From contig DASZQH010000361.1 of NCBI GenBank assembly GCA_035549805.1, positions 1 to 45,909 of the forward strand: a DNA stretch of 45,909 nucleotides, read 5' to 3'. The number at the start of each line of letters is the position of its first letter. Position 1 is the stretch's first letter. Shown here piece by piece: positions 20,696-29,275 of this stretch. The DNA comes from Burkholderiales bacterium (GTDB lineage: Bacteria; Pseudomonadota; Gammaproteobacteria; Burkholderiales; SG8-39). The position numbers and the translations under genes are program-made. Below the pieces are notes generated by a model. It saw nothing but the letters and a program-made list of their open reading frames with translations. It searched no databases and had not been told where the DNA came from.

Positions 20696-21462
20696 GCCTG
20701 GTCACCCGGTGCAACGTGTGCGGAACCGCGTTCCGCGTGCAGCGCGCGCAGCTTTCCGCCCGTGGCGGCAAGGTGCGCTGCGGCAAGTGCGCGGCGGTCT
20801 TCGACGGCGTGGCCGGGCTGGTCGAGGAGGGCGCCGAGATGCTGCGGCTCGAGCCATCGCCGCAGCTCGGCCTCTTCGATCCCTCGCGGCGCCCGCAGCG
20901 CGCCGCGGTCCGGGCCGTGCCGGCCGACGACGAAGACCTGCCGGTGCCGGAGTTCCTCGCGCGCGAAGAGCCGCGGCGCCACGCGTGGCTCTGGGGCCTC
21001 GCGGCCCTCGTCGCCGTGCTCGCCCTCGCGGCGCAGGCGGCCTATCGCTATCGCACCGAGCTCGCGGTCCTCGCGCCCGAAACGCGGCCCGCGCTGCTCG
21101 CCGCCTGCCGCACGCTCGGCTGCACCCTCCAGTTGCCGCGCCGCCCCGACCTGCTCGGCATCGAGTCCTCCGACCTGCAGGCCGACGGCAAGCGGGAGAA
21201 CGTCATCATCCTGAACGCGGTGCTGCGCAACCGCGCGCCGTTTCCGCAGGAGTACCCGGCGCTCGAGCTGACGCTGACCGACGATGCCGACCGCCCCGTG
21301 GTGCGCCGCGTCCTGCGCCCGGCCGATTATCTCGAGCCCGCCCGCATGGCCCAGGTCGCGGCCGGCATCGCGCCGGGCGGCGAGGCAGCCTTCCGCTTGA
21401 GCCTGGACGCGAGCCGCGCGCGTGCGACCGGGTACCGTCTCTATCTCTTCTTCCCCCAATGA
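20692..21462 (+). CDS. Zinc-ribbon / DUF3426 domain protein
   Basis: N-terminal CxxC..CxxC ribbon (TRCNVCGTAFRV..VRCGKCAAVFDG), a TM helix, and a DUF3426-like C-terminus. ATGA overlap with the prmA stop. Confidence 0.75.
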   Translation: MSLVTRCNVCGTAFRVQRAQLSARGGKVRCGKCAAVFDGVAGLVEEGAEMLRLEPSPQLGLFDPSRRPQRAAVRAVPADDEDLPVPEFLAREEPRRHAWLWGLAALVAVLALAAQAAYRYRTELAVLAPETRPALLAACRTLGCTLQLPRRPDLLGIESSDLQADGKRENVIILNAVLRNRAPFPQEYPALELTLTDDADRPVVRRVLRPADYLEPARMAQVAAGIAPGGEAAFRLSLDASRARATGYRLYLFFPQ

Positions 21463-22406
21463 GCATGAAGATCCTCGTCACGGGCTCGATCGCGTACGAC
21501 ACGATCATGGTGTTCCCGGACCGCTTCCGGAACCACCTCCTGCCGGACCAGCTGCATATCCTGAACGTCTGCTTCCTCACGCCGCAGATGCGGCGCGAGT
21601 TCGGCGGCTGCGCGGGAAACATCGCCTACAACCTGCGGCTGCTCGGTGAAAGCCCGCTGCTCATGGCCACCGTCGGCGACGACATCGCGCCGTACCTGGA
21701 CCGGCTGCAGGCGCAGGGCACGAGCGCGGCGCACCTCAAGCGGATCGAAGGGCAGTTCACCGCGCAGGCGTTCATCACCACCGACCTCGACGACAACCAG
21801 ATCATCGCCTTCCATCCGGGTGCGATGAACTTCGCGCACGAGAACCGCGTCGGTCGCGAGCTCGGCGCGTCGCTCGCAATCATCGGCCCGGACGGGAAGG
21901 ACGGCATGATCCAGCACGCGCAGCAGTGCGCGGAGCACGGCGTGCCGTTCGTCTTCGACCCGGGACAGGGCCTGCCGATGTTTTCCGCGGCGGAGCTCGA
22001 CGCTTTCCTCGCGCAGGCGACGTACGTCGCTGTCAACGACTACGAAGGCAAGATGCTCGAGCAGAAGACCGGCCGGTCCCTCGATGACATCGCGCGCCGC
22101 GTGAAGGCCCTCGTATACACGCAGGGCGGCAAAGGATCGATCATCTTCGCCGGAGGTCAACGGCACGAGATTCCGTGCGTTAAGGCGGATGCGGTGGTCG
22201 ATCCGACGGGCTGCGGCGACGCCTACCGCGCCGGACTGCTCTACGGGATCGCGCGCGGCTGGGACTGGCCTTCTACCGGTCGCCTCGGCTCGCTGCTCGG
22301 GGCGATCAAGATCGGCTATCGTGGCGCGCAGAACCACGCGCCGGCGCTGGCGGAGCTCGAGTCGCGCTTCCGCGCCGCGTTCGGCTATTCGCCATGGAAA
22401 GGGTGA
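21459..22406 (+). CDS. PfkB-family carbohydrate/nucleoside kinase
   Basis: MSMKILVTGSIAYD N-terminus and the PfkB signature DPTGCGDAYRAGLLYG. ATGA overlap with the upstream stop. Confidence 0.85.
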   Translation: MSMKILVTGSIAYDTIMVFPDRFRNHLLPDQLHILNVCFLTPQMRREFGGCAGNIAYNLRLLGESPLLMATVGDDIAPYLDRLQAQGTSAAHLKRIEGQFTAQAFITTDLDDNQIIAFHPGAMNFAHENRVGRELGASLAIIGPDGKDGMIQHAQQCAEHGVPFVFDPGQGLPMFSAAELDAFLAQATYVAVNDYEGKMLEQKTGRSLDDIARRVKALVYTQGGKGSIIFAGGQRHEIPCVKADAVVDPTGCGDAYRAGLLYGIARGWDWPSTGRLGSLLGAIKIGYRGAQNHAPALAELESRFRAAFGYSPWKG

Positions 22407-22411
22407 ACCTC

Positions 22412-22855
22412 ATGAAAGCACTGCTTCTCGTCCTCGCCGCCGCGGCGCTCGCCGGCTGCGCCAGCCGCGAATCGTCCAATGTATACAAGAGCTCGGAGGC
22501 GCAGCGCGAGCAGACCGTGCGCTTCGGCACGGTCGAGTCCGTCCGCGAAGTGCAGATCCAGGGGCAGCGCTCGCAGGTCGGCACGGTCGGCGGCGGCGTG
22601 GTCGGCGGCATCGCCGGCAGCACGGTCGGCCACGGGCGCGGCTCGGCGGTCGGCGCGGTCCTCGGCGGCATCGCCGGCGGCGTGGCCGGCACCGCAATCG
22701 AAGAAGGGGTGACGCGCAAGACCGGCCTGGAAATCACCGTCAAGCTCGACAACGGCGACTTGCGGGCCATCGTCCAGGAAGCCGACACCCCGTTCAAGCC
22801 GGGTCAGCGGGTTCGCCTCGTCAGCTCGGGCGGCGTGACCCGCGTTACGCCTTAG
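22412..22855 (+). CDS. Outer-membrane lipoprotein, glycine-zipper (SlyB/Pcp-like)
   Basis: MKALLLVLAAAALAGC lipobox and a Gly-zipper repeat (GGGVVGGIAGSTVG..GAVLGGIAGGVAG). Confidence 0.8.
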   Translation: MKALLLVLAAAALAGCASRESSNVYKSSEAQREQTVRFGTVESVREVQIQGQRSQVGTVGGGVVGGIAGSTVGHGRGSAVGAVLGGIAGGVAGTAIEEGVTRKTGLEITVKLDNGDLRAIVQEADTPFKPGQRVRLVSSGGVTRVTP

Positions 22856-23273
22856 CGATCCCGTCGCGGATCCGCGCCGCGTACTCTTCCAGCCTCTCGC
22901 GCGGCGGATTCTTCACCGGCCAGCTGAGCGCCATGCCGTCGCCTTCGTGCCGCGGCACGAGGTGGAGATGGATGTGGAAGACCGTCTGCCCGGCCGCCTT
23001 GCCGTTCGCCTGGTAGACGGAAAGGCCCTCGGGAGCGAACGCCGCGCGGATCGCGCGCGAGACTTTCGATGCCGTTCGGAACAGCGCGCTCGCCTGCTCA
23101 TCGTCCAGCGCGTAGATGTTCTCGGCGTGGGCCTTGGCGGCGACCAGGACGTGACCGGGGTTGACCTGGCCGATGTCCATGAACGCGAGCGTTTGCGCGT
23201 CTTCGTACACCACGGTAGCGGGAATCTGCTTCGCTACGATCCTGCAGAAAATGCAGCTCGGGTCGCTATGCAC
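22845..23273 (-). CDS. HIT family nucleotide hydrolase/transferase
   Basis: 142 aa with CIFCRI and the histidine triad HIHLHLVP. GTG start overlaps the apaH stop by 8 nt. The 3' end overlaps the convergent lipoprotein gene by 11 nt. Confidence 0.88.
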   Translation of the reverse strand: MHSDPSCIFCRIVAKQIPATVVYEDAQTLAFMDIGQVNPGHVLVAAKAHAENIYALDDEQASALFRTASKVSRAIRAAFAPEGLSVYQANGKAAGQTVFHIHLHLVPRHEGDGMALSWPVKNPPRERLEEYAARIRDGIAKA

Positions 23274-24075
23274 GCTTCACCTCCTGATGGCCGGCGCAGG
23301 GAATCTGGAAGAGCTTGCGGTCCTCGAGCCGCAGCGCGCTGAGCGCGCCGCCCCAGACGCAGCCCGTGTCGATGACGGCGAGACGCGGCCGCAGCTTGAG
23401 ACCGAGCGCGGACCAGTGGCCGCAGACGATCGGCCCTTCATCGCCCGGCCTGAGCTCGAACCAGGGACGATGGCCCGCGGGCGCCTGCTCGCCCTTGGCC
23501 TTGAAGTCCATCGTACCGTCGGGAGTGCAGAAGCGCATCCGCGTCATCGCGTTCACGACGACGCGCAGCCTGTCCCATCCCTGCAGCGCATCCTGCCAGC
23601 GGTCCGGCGTGCTGCCATACATGTTGTCGAGGAAGCTGCGATAGCGCGCGGAGGCGAGGGCGCTCTGCACTTCGCGGCTGAGCGCAAGCGCCTTGTCGAG
23701 CGTCCACTGGGGAACGAGGCCCGCGTGCACCATCGCCCAGCCGCCGGCGACGTGCATGAGCGGGCGCGTGCGCAGCCAGTCGACCAGCGCCTCGCGGTCC
23801 GCCGCGCCGAGGACGTCCGCGATCGTGTCGTCCTTGCGCGGCCGCTCGAAGCCTTCATGCTGCGTGATCAGATGCAGGTCGTGATTGCCGAGCACGGTCG
23901 TCGCGCGCTCGCCAAGCCCCTTGACGAAGCGCAGCACCTCCGCCGACTTCGGCCCGCGATTCACCAGGTCGCCCACGAACCACAGGTGGTCCGCCTTCCG
24001 CAAGCCGATCGCGCCGAGCAGCGCCTGCAGCTCGTCAAAGCAGCCTTGCACGTCGCCGATCGCGTAGGTCGCCAT
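23266..24075 (-). CDS. apaH: Symmetrical bis(5'-nucleosyl)-tetraphosphatase
   Basis: 269 aa with the metallophosphoesterase motifs AIGDVQGC, VGDLVNRG and GNHD. Confidence 0.92.
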   Translation of the reverse strand: MATYAIGDVQGCFDELQALLGAIGLRKADHLWFVGDLVNRGPKSAEVLRFVKGLGERATTVLGNHDLHLITQHEGFERPRKDDTIADVLGAADREALVDWLRTRPLMHVAGGWAMVHAGLVPQWTLDKALALSREVQSALASARYRSFLDNMYGSTPDRWQDALQGWDRLRVVVNAMTRMRFCTPDGTMDFKAKGEQAPAGHRPWFELRPGDEGPIVCGHWSALGLKLRPRLAVIDTGCVWGGALSALRLEDRKLFQIPCAGHQEVKRA

Positions 24076-24092
24076 CGGCGGCGACTATAGCG

Positions 24093-25592
24093 TCAAAAGC
24101 TCGCGTCGAGCCGACGGTACTGGATGGCTTCCGCGATGTGCTCGGCGGTGATCGCGGCGCTCTGCCCGAGGTCCGCGATCGAGCGCGCCACCCTGAGGAC
24201 CCGGTGGTATGCCCGGGCCGACAGCAGCATGCGGGCGAGGGCGTGCCGGAGAAGCTGATCGCCCTCCTTGTCCGTTTCGCAGTAGCGGTCGATCTCGCGG
24301 GTCCCCAGCAGCGAATTCGGCATGCCCTGGCGGGAGAGCTGTGTCGCGCGCGCCCGCTCGACGCGCGCACGGATAGCCGCGGACGCCTCGCCCGACGCTG
24401 CGGCGAGCAGCTCGGCCTCGCGCGGCGCCGGCACCTCGAGCTTGATGTCGATGCGGTCGGCCAGGGGTCCCGAGATGCGGCCGCGATAGCGGGCGATGCG
24501 TTCCGGCGTGCAACGGCAGCGCCCGCTGCGGTCCCCGCAGTGACCGCAAGGGCAGGGATTCATCGCGCCGATCAGCTGGAAGCGCGCCGGAAACTGCGCC
24601 TGCCGGGCGGCGCGCGCGATCGAGACGCGGCCGGACTCGAGCGGCTCGCGCAAGGATTCGAGCACGTCGCGATCGAACTCCGGGAGCTCGTCCATGAAGA
24701 GCACGCCGTGGTGCGCGAGCGAGATCTCGCCCGGGCGCGGCGAGTTGCCCCCGCCGACCAGGGCCGCCGAGGACGCACTGTGATGCGGGGCGCGGTAGGG
24801 GCGCTCGCCCCAGCGCGACGCGTCGAAGCCCTGGGCCGACACGGAATGGACGGCGGCCACCTCGAGGGCGTCGGCTTCGGACAAGGGCGGCAGGATGCCC
24901 GGGAACCGGGCGGCCAGCATCGATTTCCCCGTGCCCGGAGGACCGAGCATCAGCAGGCTGTGACCGCCGGCCGCGGCGACTTCGAGCGCACGCTTCGCCT
25001 GTTGCTGCCCCTTCACGTCGCCGAAGTCCGGGTAGCGCACCGCGTTCGACTGGCGCTGACCGGCATAGGGCGTGAGGAGCGCTTCGCCCGCGAGGTGAGC
25101 GACGACTTCGAGCAGGGTGCGCGCCGGCAGAATACGCGCGCCGTCGGCCAGCGCGGCCTGGGGAGCGTTGCTCTCGGGAACGACGAAAGCGCGTCCCGCT
25201 CGACGTGCGCAAAGCGCCATCGCCAGCGCGCCCCGGATGTTGCGCAGCTCTCCGGTCAGCGATAGCTCGCCCGCGAACTCCATCCCGGACATGGCGTCGG
25301 CCGCGAGCTGGCCGCTCGCCGCGAGTATCCCGAGCGCGATCGGCAGGTCGAAGCGGCTGGAATCCTTGGGCAGATCCGCGGGCGCCAGGTTGACCGTCAT
25401 GCGCCGCGCCGGAAACTCGAAGCGCGCATGATTGAGGGCCGCGCGCACCCGGTCACGCGCTTCGCGCACCTCGGTGTCGGGCAAGCCGACGATGTGGAAT
25501 GCCGGCAATCCCGGACCGAGGTGGACCTCGACGGTCACTTCCGGCGCTTCGATTCCCGCCAGGGCCCGGCTCGTCACGGTCGCGATCGACAT
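24093..25592 (-). CDS. comM: YifB/ComM family Mg-chelatase-like AAA+ ATPase
   Basis: Internal ATG MSIATV at 25592. Lon-like N-domain, Walker A GPPGTGKS, Walker B LFMDEL and a CPCG..C cluster. Confidence 0.9.
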   Translation of the reverse strand: MSIATVTSRALAGIEAPEVTVEVHLGPGLPAFHIVGLPDTEVREARDRVRAALNHARFEFPARRMTVNLAPADLPKDSSRFDLPIALGILAASGQLAADAMSGMEFAGELSLTGELRNIRGALAMALCARRAGRAFVVPESNAPQAALADGARILPARTLLEVVAHLAGEALLTPYAGQRQSNAVRYPDFGDVKGQQQAKRALEVAAAGGHSLLMLGPPGTGKSMLAARFPGILPPLSEADALEVAAVHSVSAQGFDASRWGERPYRAPHHSASSAALVGGGNSPRPGEISLAHHGVLFMDELPEFDRDVLESLREPLESGRVSIARAARQAQFPARFQLIGAMNPCPCGHCGDRSGRCRCTPERIARYRGRISGPLADRIDIKLEVPAPREAELLAAASGEASAAIRARVERARATQLSRQGMPNSLLGTREIDRYCETDKEGDQLLRHALARMLLSARAYHRVLRVARSIADLGQSAAITAEHIAEAIQYRRLDASF

Positions 25593-25635
25593 CGAATCCT
25601 CCCGGAGGAGGAAACGCTCTCGTCGCTGCGGGGGT

Positions 25636-25887
25636 TTACCCGGATTGTCCTGAGCGCGTCCTGCGCTCGAGCTCTCCAAGGCGAGCTTCCATCTCGGCAA
25701 GCTTCGTCTGCGCGCGCTCGAGCAGCTTTCGCTGTACCTCGAAATCCTCGCGCTGGACGAGGTCCATCCGGTCGAACCAGGCCCCCAGCAAGGCCTTGAG
25801 GTTCTTCTCTACGTCCGCGGCCGGCGAGTTGCGAAGCGCTTCGTTGATCCGCGCTCTCAGGTCGTCGAAAAGTCTTCTATCGATCAT
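25636..25887 (-). CDS. ubiK: UbiK/YqiC (BMFP) family accessory factor
   Basis: An 83-aa coiled-coil protein starting MIDRRLFDDLRARINEAL. The track start at 25980 would cover the divergent promoter region. Start uncertain. Confidence 0.7.
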   Translation of the reverse strand: MIDRRLFDDLRARINEALRNSPAADVEKNLKALLGAWFDRMDLVQREDFEVQRKLLERAQTKLAEMEARLGELERRTRSGQSG

Positions 25888-25911
25888 CGGGGCCAAGGTA
25901 TCACCGGCCAG

Positions 25912-25928
25912 GGCACCAGCTTCGCGCA
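25912..25928 (+). promoter_or_regulatory. Candidate NtrC enhancer site 1
   Basis: GGCACCAGCTTCGCGCA matches the NtrC consensus TGCACCA-N3-TGGTGCA at 11 of 14 positions. Centred about 127 nt upstream of the predicted sigma54 start. Confidence 0.4.
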
Positions 25929-25942
25929 AGGCGGAAACGTCA

Positions 25943-25959
25943 TGCACCATAACAGTGCT
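25943..25959 (+). promoter_or_regulatory. Candidate NtrC enhancer site 2
   Basis: TGCACCATAACAGTGCT has a perfect left half-site and 4 of 7 matches in the right half-site. Lies 31 bp centre-to-centre from site 1. Confidence 0.45.
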
Positions 25960-26020
25960 TCGGTGTCGCTCGAGCGGCACACAACCACCGTAACTAATTG
26001 ATAATACGCATAAATTTATC

Positions 26021-26036
26021 TGGCACAGGAGATGCT
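26021..26036 (+). promoter_or_regulatory. Sigma54 (-24/-12) promoter of the porin-glnK-amtB operon
   Basis: TGGCACaggagaTGCT, with GG and GC at the canonical 10-nt spacing. Sits in an AT-rich intergenic region 47 nt upstream of the porin ATG. Confidence 0.7.
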
Positions 26037-26082
26037 ATGGCAATGCGCTGGAATCATTTTTCCATAAGGGAGATCCCGATTT

Positions 26083-26865
26083 ATGCGCAAGTCATTGCTT
26101 ACCCTCGCAGTCGTCTCCGCGTTCGCCGTTCCGACTGTCGCCAGCGCGCAGTCCACGCCGGCGGCGTCGCCGCACACGCTCACCGGCAACGTCGGGCTCT
26201 TCAGCGAATACATCTTCCGCGGCATCAAGCAGACGGATGGAAAGCCCGCCCTGCAGGGCGGCTTCGACTACTCGCACGCCAGCGGCATCTACCTCGGCAC
26301 CTGGGCGTCGAACGTCAGCGTCCTCGCTGACGCGGGCGCTTACAACGGCAGCAGCCTCGAGATGGACTTCTATGGCGGCTACAAAGGCAGCCTCGGGGAC
26401 TTCGGCTACGACGTCGGCCTGCTCAAGTACTACTACCCCGGCCGCGTGAATCCCGGATTCGTGAAGGCGGACGCCCTCGAGATCTACGGCGCCGCCACCT
26501 GGAAGTGGCTCACCGCGAAGCTGAGCCTGAGCCTGGACGACGAGACCTTCGGCGTGCCGAACAGCAAGAACACCTATTACCTGGACCTGAGCGCCAATTT
26601 CCCGGTGACGGACAAGCTCGCGCTGCAGGCGCACTATGGAATCCAGGAGTTCAAGGGAACGACGGCGGGCGTCTCCAACGACTCGTTCGCGTCCTACAAG
26701 GACTGGAAGCTGGGCGTGACTTATGCGCTCCCGCAGAGCTTCACGGTCGGCGCGTTCTTCACCGACACCGACATGAACGGCACGCAGACGGCCTTCTACA
26801 CCAACCCGGCCGGCCGTTTCCTCGGCAAGGAGACCTTCGGCCTTTTCGTGCAGAAGACCTTCTGA
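26083..26865 (+). CDS. TorF/Gcw_chp-family putative outer-membrane porin
   Basis: 260 aa with signal peptide MRKSLLTLAVVSAFAVPTVASA. Alternating beta-strand pattern and a C-terminal aromatic residue (..FVQKTF). Motif SEYIFRGI.QTDG.PA.QGG.DY. Confidence 0.8.
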   Translation: MRKSLLTLAVVSAFAVPTVASAQSTPAASPHTLTGNVGLFSEYIFRGIKQTDGKPALQGGFDYSHASGIYLGTWASNVSVLADAGAYNGSSLEMDFYGGYKGSLGDFGYDVGLLKYYYPGRVNPGFVKADALEIYGAATWKWLTAKLSLSLDDETFGVPNSKNTYYLDLSANFPVTDKLALQAHYGIQEFKGTTAGVSNDSFASYKDWKLGVTYALPQSFTVGAFFTDTDMNGTQTAFYTNPAGRFLGKETFGLFVQKTF

Positions 26866-26871
26866 TCCGGC

Positions 26872-26897
26872 GCGGGGGGCGCGCCCGCGCCCCCCGC
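26872..26897 (+). other. Very stable GC hairpin between the porin gene and glnK
   Basis: GCGGGGGGCGC/GCGCCCCCCGC forms an 11-bp perfect stem with a 4-nt loop. It starts 7 nt after the porin stop. Only a weak U-tract (TTCAC) follows. Confidence 0.5.
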
Positions 26898-26905
26898 TTC
26901 ACTGA

Positions 26906-27253
<348 letters not shown>

Positions 27254-27273
27254 GGCGAAATAAGGGGAATGCA

Positions 27274-28743
27274 ATGAAAAAACTCGCAACATGGGTGGCG
27301 ATGACGCTGTGCCTCGCTTTCGCGGGCGCGACGTTCGCCCAGGACAAGCCCGCCGCGGCGGCGGACAAGCCGGCCGCCGAGGCGCCGAAGGCGGAAGAGG
27401 CCAAGGCTCCCGCTCCGGTCCCGAACAAGGGCGACGTCACCTGGATGCTGGTCTGCACCGCGCTCGTCATCATGATGAGCGTGCCGGCCCTCGCGCTCTT
27501 CTACGGCGGCATGGTGCGCGCCAAGAACGCGCTTTCGGTCCTGATGCAGGTCTTCGTCGTCTTCTCGCTCGTGACGGTGCTGTGGTTCATCTACGGCTAC
27601 AGCCTCGCCTTCACGGAGGGCAACGCGTACTTCGGCGGCTTCGACCGCCTGTTCATGAAGGGCGCGATGGACGTGGCGAAAGGCGAGTTCGCGATGGCCG
27701 CCACCTTCAGCAAGGGCGTGGTGATCCCCGAGATCCTGTTCGCCACCTTCCAGGCCACCTTCGCCGCGATCACCTGCTGCCTGATCGTGGGCGCGTTCGC
27801 CGAGCGGGTGAAGTTCTCCGCCGTGATCGCGTTCGTCGTGCTGTGGTTCACCTTCGCCTATGCGCCGATCGCGCACATGGTGTGGTTCTGGATGGGCCCG
27901 GATGCGTACACCGATGCGAAGCTCGTCGACGAGCTCACCTCCAAGGCCGGGCTGATCTGGCAGTGGGGCGCGCTCGACTTCGCCGGCGGCACGGTGGTGC
28001 ACATCAACGCCGGGGTCGCGGGCCTGGTCGGGGCATACCTCGTCGGCAAGCGCCTGGGCTTCGGCAAGGAAGCGATGCCCGCGCACAACCTGCCGCTGAC
28101 GATGATCGGCGCCTCGCTTCTCTGGGTAGGCTGGTTCGGCTTCAACGCCGGCTCGGCGCTCGAATCCGGCAACTCCGCGGTGCTCGCGTTCATGAATACC
28201 TTCGTCGCGACCGCCTGCGCAGTGCTGTCCTGGTCGCTCGGCGAAGCGATGTTCAAGAGCAAGCCGACGATGCTGGGCGCCGCCTCCGGCGCCGTCGCGG
28301 GCCTGGTCGCGATCACCCCGGCGGCCGGCAACGTCGGCCTGGCGGGCGCGTTCGTGATCGGCCTGCTGGCCGGCATCGTCTGCCTCTGGGGCGTGAGCGG
28401 CCTGAAGAAGCTGCTGCGCGCGGATGACTCGCTCGACGTGTTCGGCGTGCACGCGGTCGGCGGCATCCTGGGCGCCTTGCTCACCGGCGTGTTCAACTCG
28501 CCGGATCTCGGCGGGCCGGGCTTCGTCACCGACTGGGTCAAGGCGACCACCGGCTTCACGTCGATCGGCGAGCAGCTCTGGATCCAGGCCAAGGCCGTGG
28601 GCCTGACGGTCATCTGGTCGGCGGTGGTCGCCGTCGCCGCCTACAAGATCGTCGACCTGACGATCGGCCTGCGCGTCACGGAAGAGGAAGAGCGCGAAGG
28701 CCTCGACACCGCTTCGCACGGCGAGGCGGCGTACCGCATGTAG
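27274..28743 (+). CDS. amtB: Ammonium transporter
   Basis: ATG at 27274 preceded by AAGGGG. Signal peptide MKKLATWVAMTLCLAFAGATFA. Amt family motifs DFAGGTVVHINAG and VHAVGGILGALLTG. Confidence 0.93.
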   Translation: MKKLATWVAMTLCLAFAGATFAQDKPAAAADKPAAEAPKAEEAKAPAPVPNKGDVTWMLVCTALVIMMSVPALALFYGGMVRAKNALSVLMQVFVVFSLVTVLWFIYGYSLAFTEGNAYFGGFDRLFMKGAMDVAKGEFAMAATFSKGVVIPEILFATFQATFAAITCCLIVGAFAERVKFSAVIAFVVLWFTFAYAPIAHMVWFWMGPDAYTDAKLVDELTSKAGLIWQWGALDFAGGTVVHINAGVAGLVGAYLVGKRLGFGKEAMPAHNLPLTMIGASLLWVGWFGFNAGSALESGNSAVLAFMNTFVATACAVLSWSLGEAMFKSKPTMLGAASGAVAGLVAITPAAGNVGLAGAFVIGLLAGIVCLWGVSGLKKLLRADDSLDVFGVHAVGGILGALLTGVFNSPDLGGPGFVTDWVKATTGFTSIGEQLWIQAKAVGLTVIWSAVVAVAAYKIVDLTIGLRVTEEEEREGLDTASHGEAAYRM

Positions 28744-28774
28744 CAGTCGCTCAGGGAAGAAGTCCCGCAGCAAG

Positions 28775-28800
28775 GAAAAGGGCGCCTCGGCGCCCTTTTC
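28775..28800. terminator. Bidirectional rho-independent terminator between amtB and the MarR gene
   Basis: GAAAAGGGCGC-loop-GCGCCCTTTTC, with A-tract and T-tract arms that give a U-run in both orientations. It is the only clear terminator seen between convergent genes in this window. Confidence 0.8.
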
Positions 28801-28806
28801 CGCTTT

Positions 28807-29205
28807 TCAGCCCGACAGCTTCTGCAGCAGCGCGAGCAGCTGGGTACGCTCGTCCGCCGTCAGTTTTGCCGTGACCCGGCGCTCGTGTGCCTGGATGCGG
28901 CGCTTGATCCCCGCAACCACGCCGCGCCCGCGCCGCGTCAGCCACAGCCCGTTGGTGCGACGATCCTCGCCTCGGCGCCGCTCCACGAAGCCGGCGCCTT
29001 CCAGCGCGTCGATCACGCCCACCATGGTCGAGCGGTCGAGGCCGACCTCGTTGGCGAGCCGGCCCTGCGTGACGCCGGGATTCGCCTCCACCAGCATCAG
29101 CATGCCGACGCGACCCGGGCTCGCCTGCGGGATGCTCGCGGCGAAATCGCGGAACACGGCCTGATGGGCGAGGCGCAGCCGATAGCCGACCAGGCCGGGC
29201 AGCAT
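28807..29205 (-). CDS. MarR family transcriptional regulator
   Basis: Winged-helix core (GVTQGRLANEVGLDRSTMVGVIDALEGAGFVERRRGEDRRTNGLWLT). The ATG at 29205 is preferred because it leaves a 70-bp divergent intergenic region. A TTG at 29250 or the track start at 29382 are alternatives. Confidence 0.8.
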   Translation of the reverse strand: MLPGLVGYRLRLAHQAVFRDFAASIPQASPGRVGMLMLVEANPGVTQGRLANEVGLDRSTMVGVIDALEGAGFVERRRGEDRRTNGLWLTRRGRGVVAGIKRRIQAHERRVTAKLTADERTQLLALLQKLSG

Positions 29206-29237
29206 GCCGCGGCGCAGCGCGTCCGAGTCGCGTTTTG

Positions 29238-29252
29238 GTTTGGAGGCCAAAC
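29238..29252. promoter_or_regulatory. Inverted repeat, candidate MarR operator
   Basis: GTTTGG-AGG-CCAAAC, perfect 6-bp arms. Centred in the divergent marR/ligase intergenic region. Confidence 0.4.
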
Positions 29253-29275
29253 AATCGATATGCAACAATCCGCCG

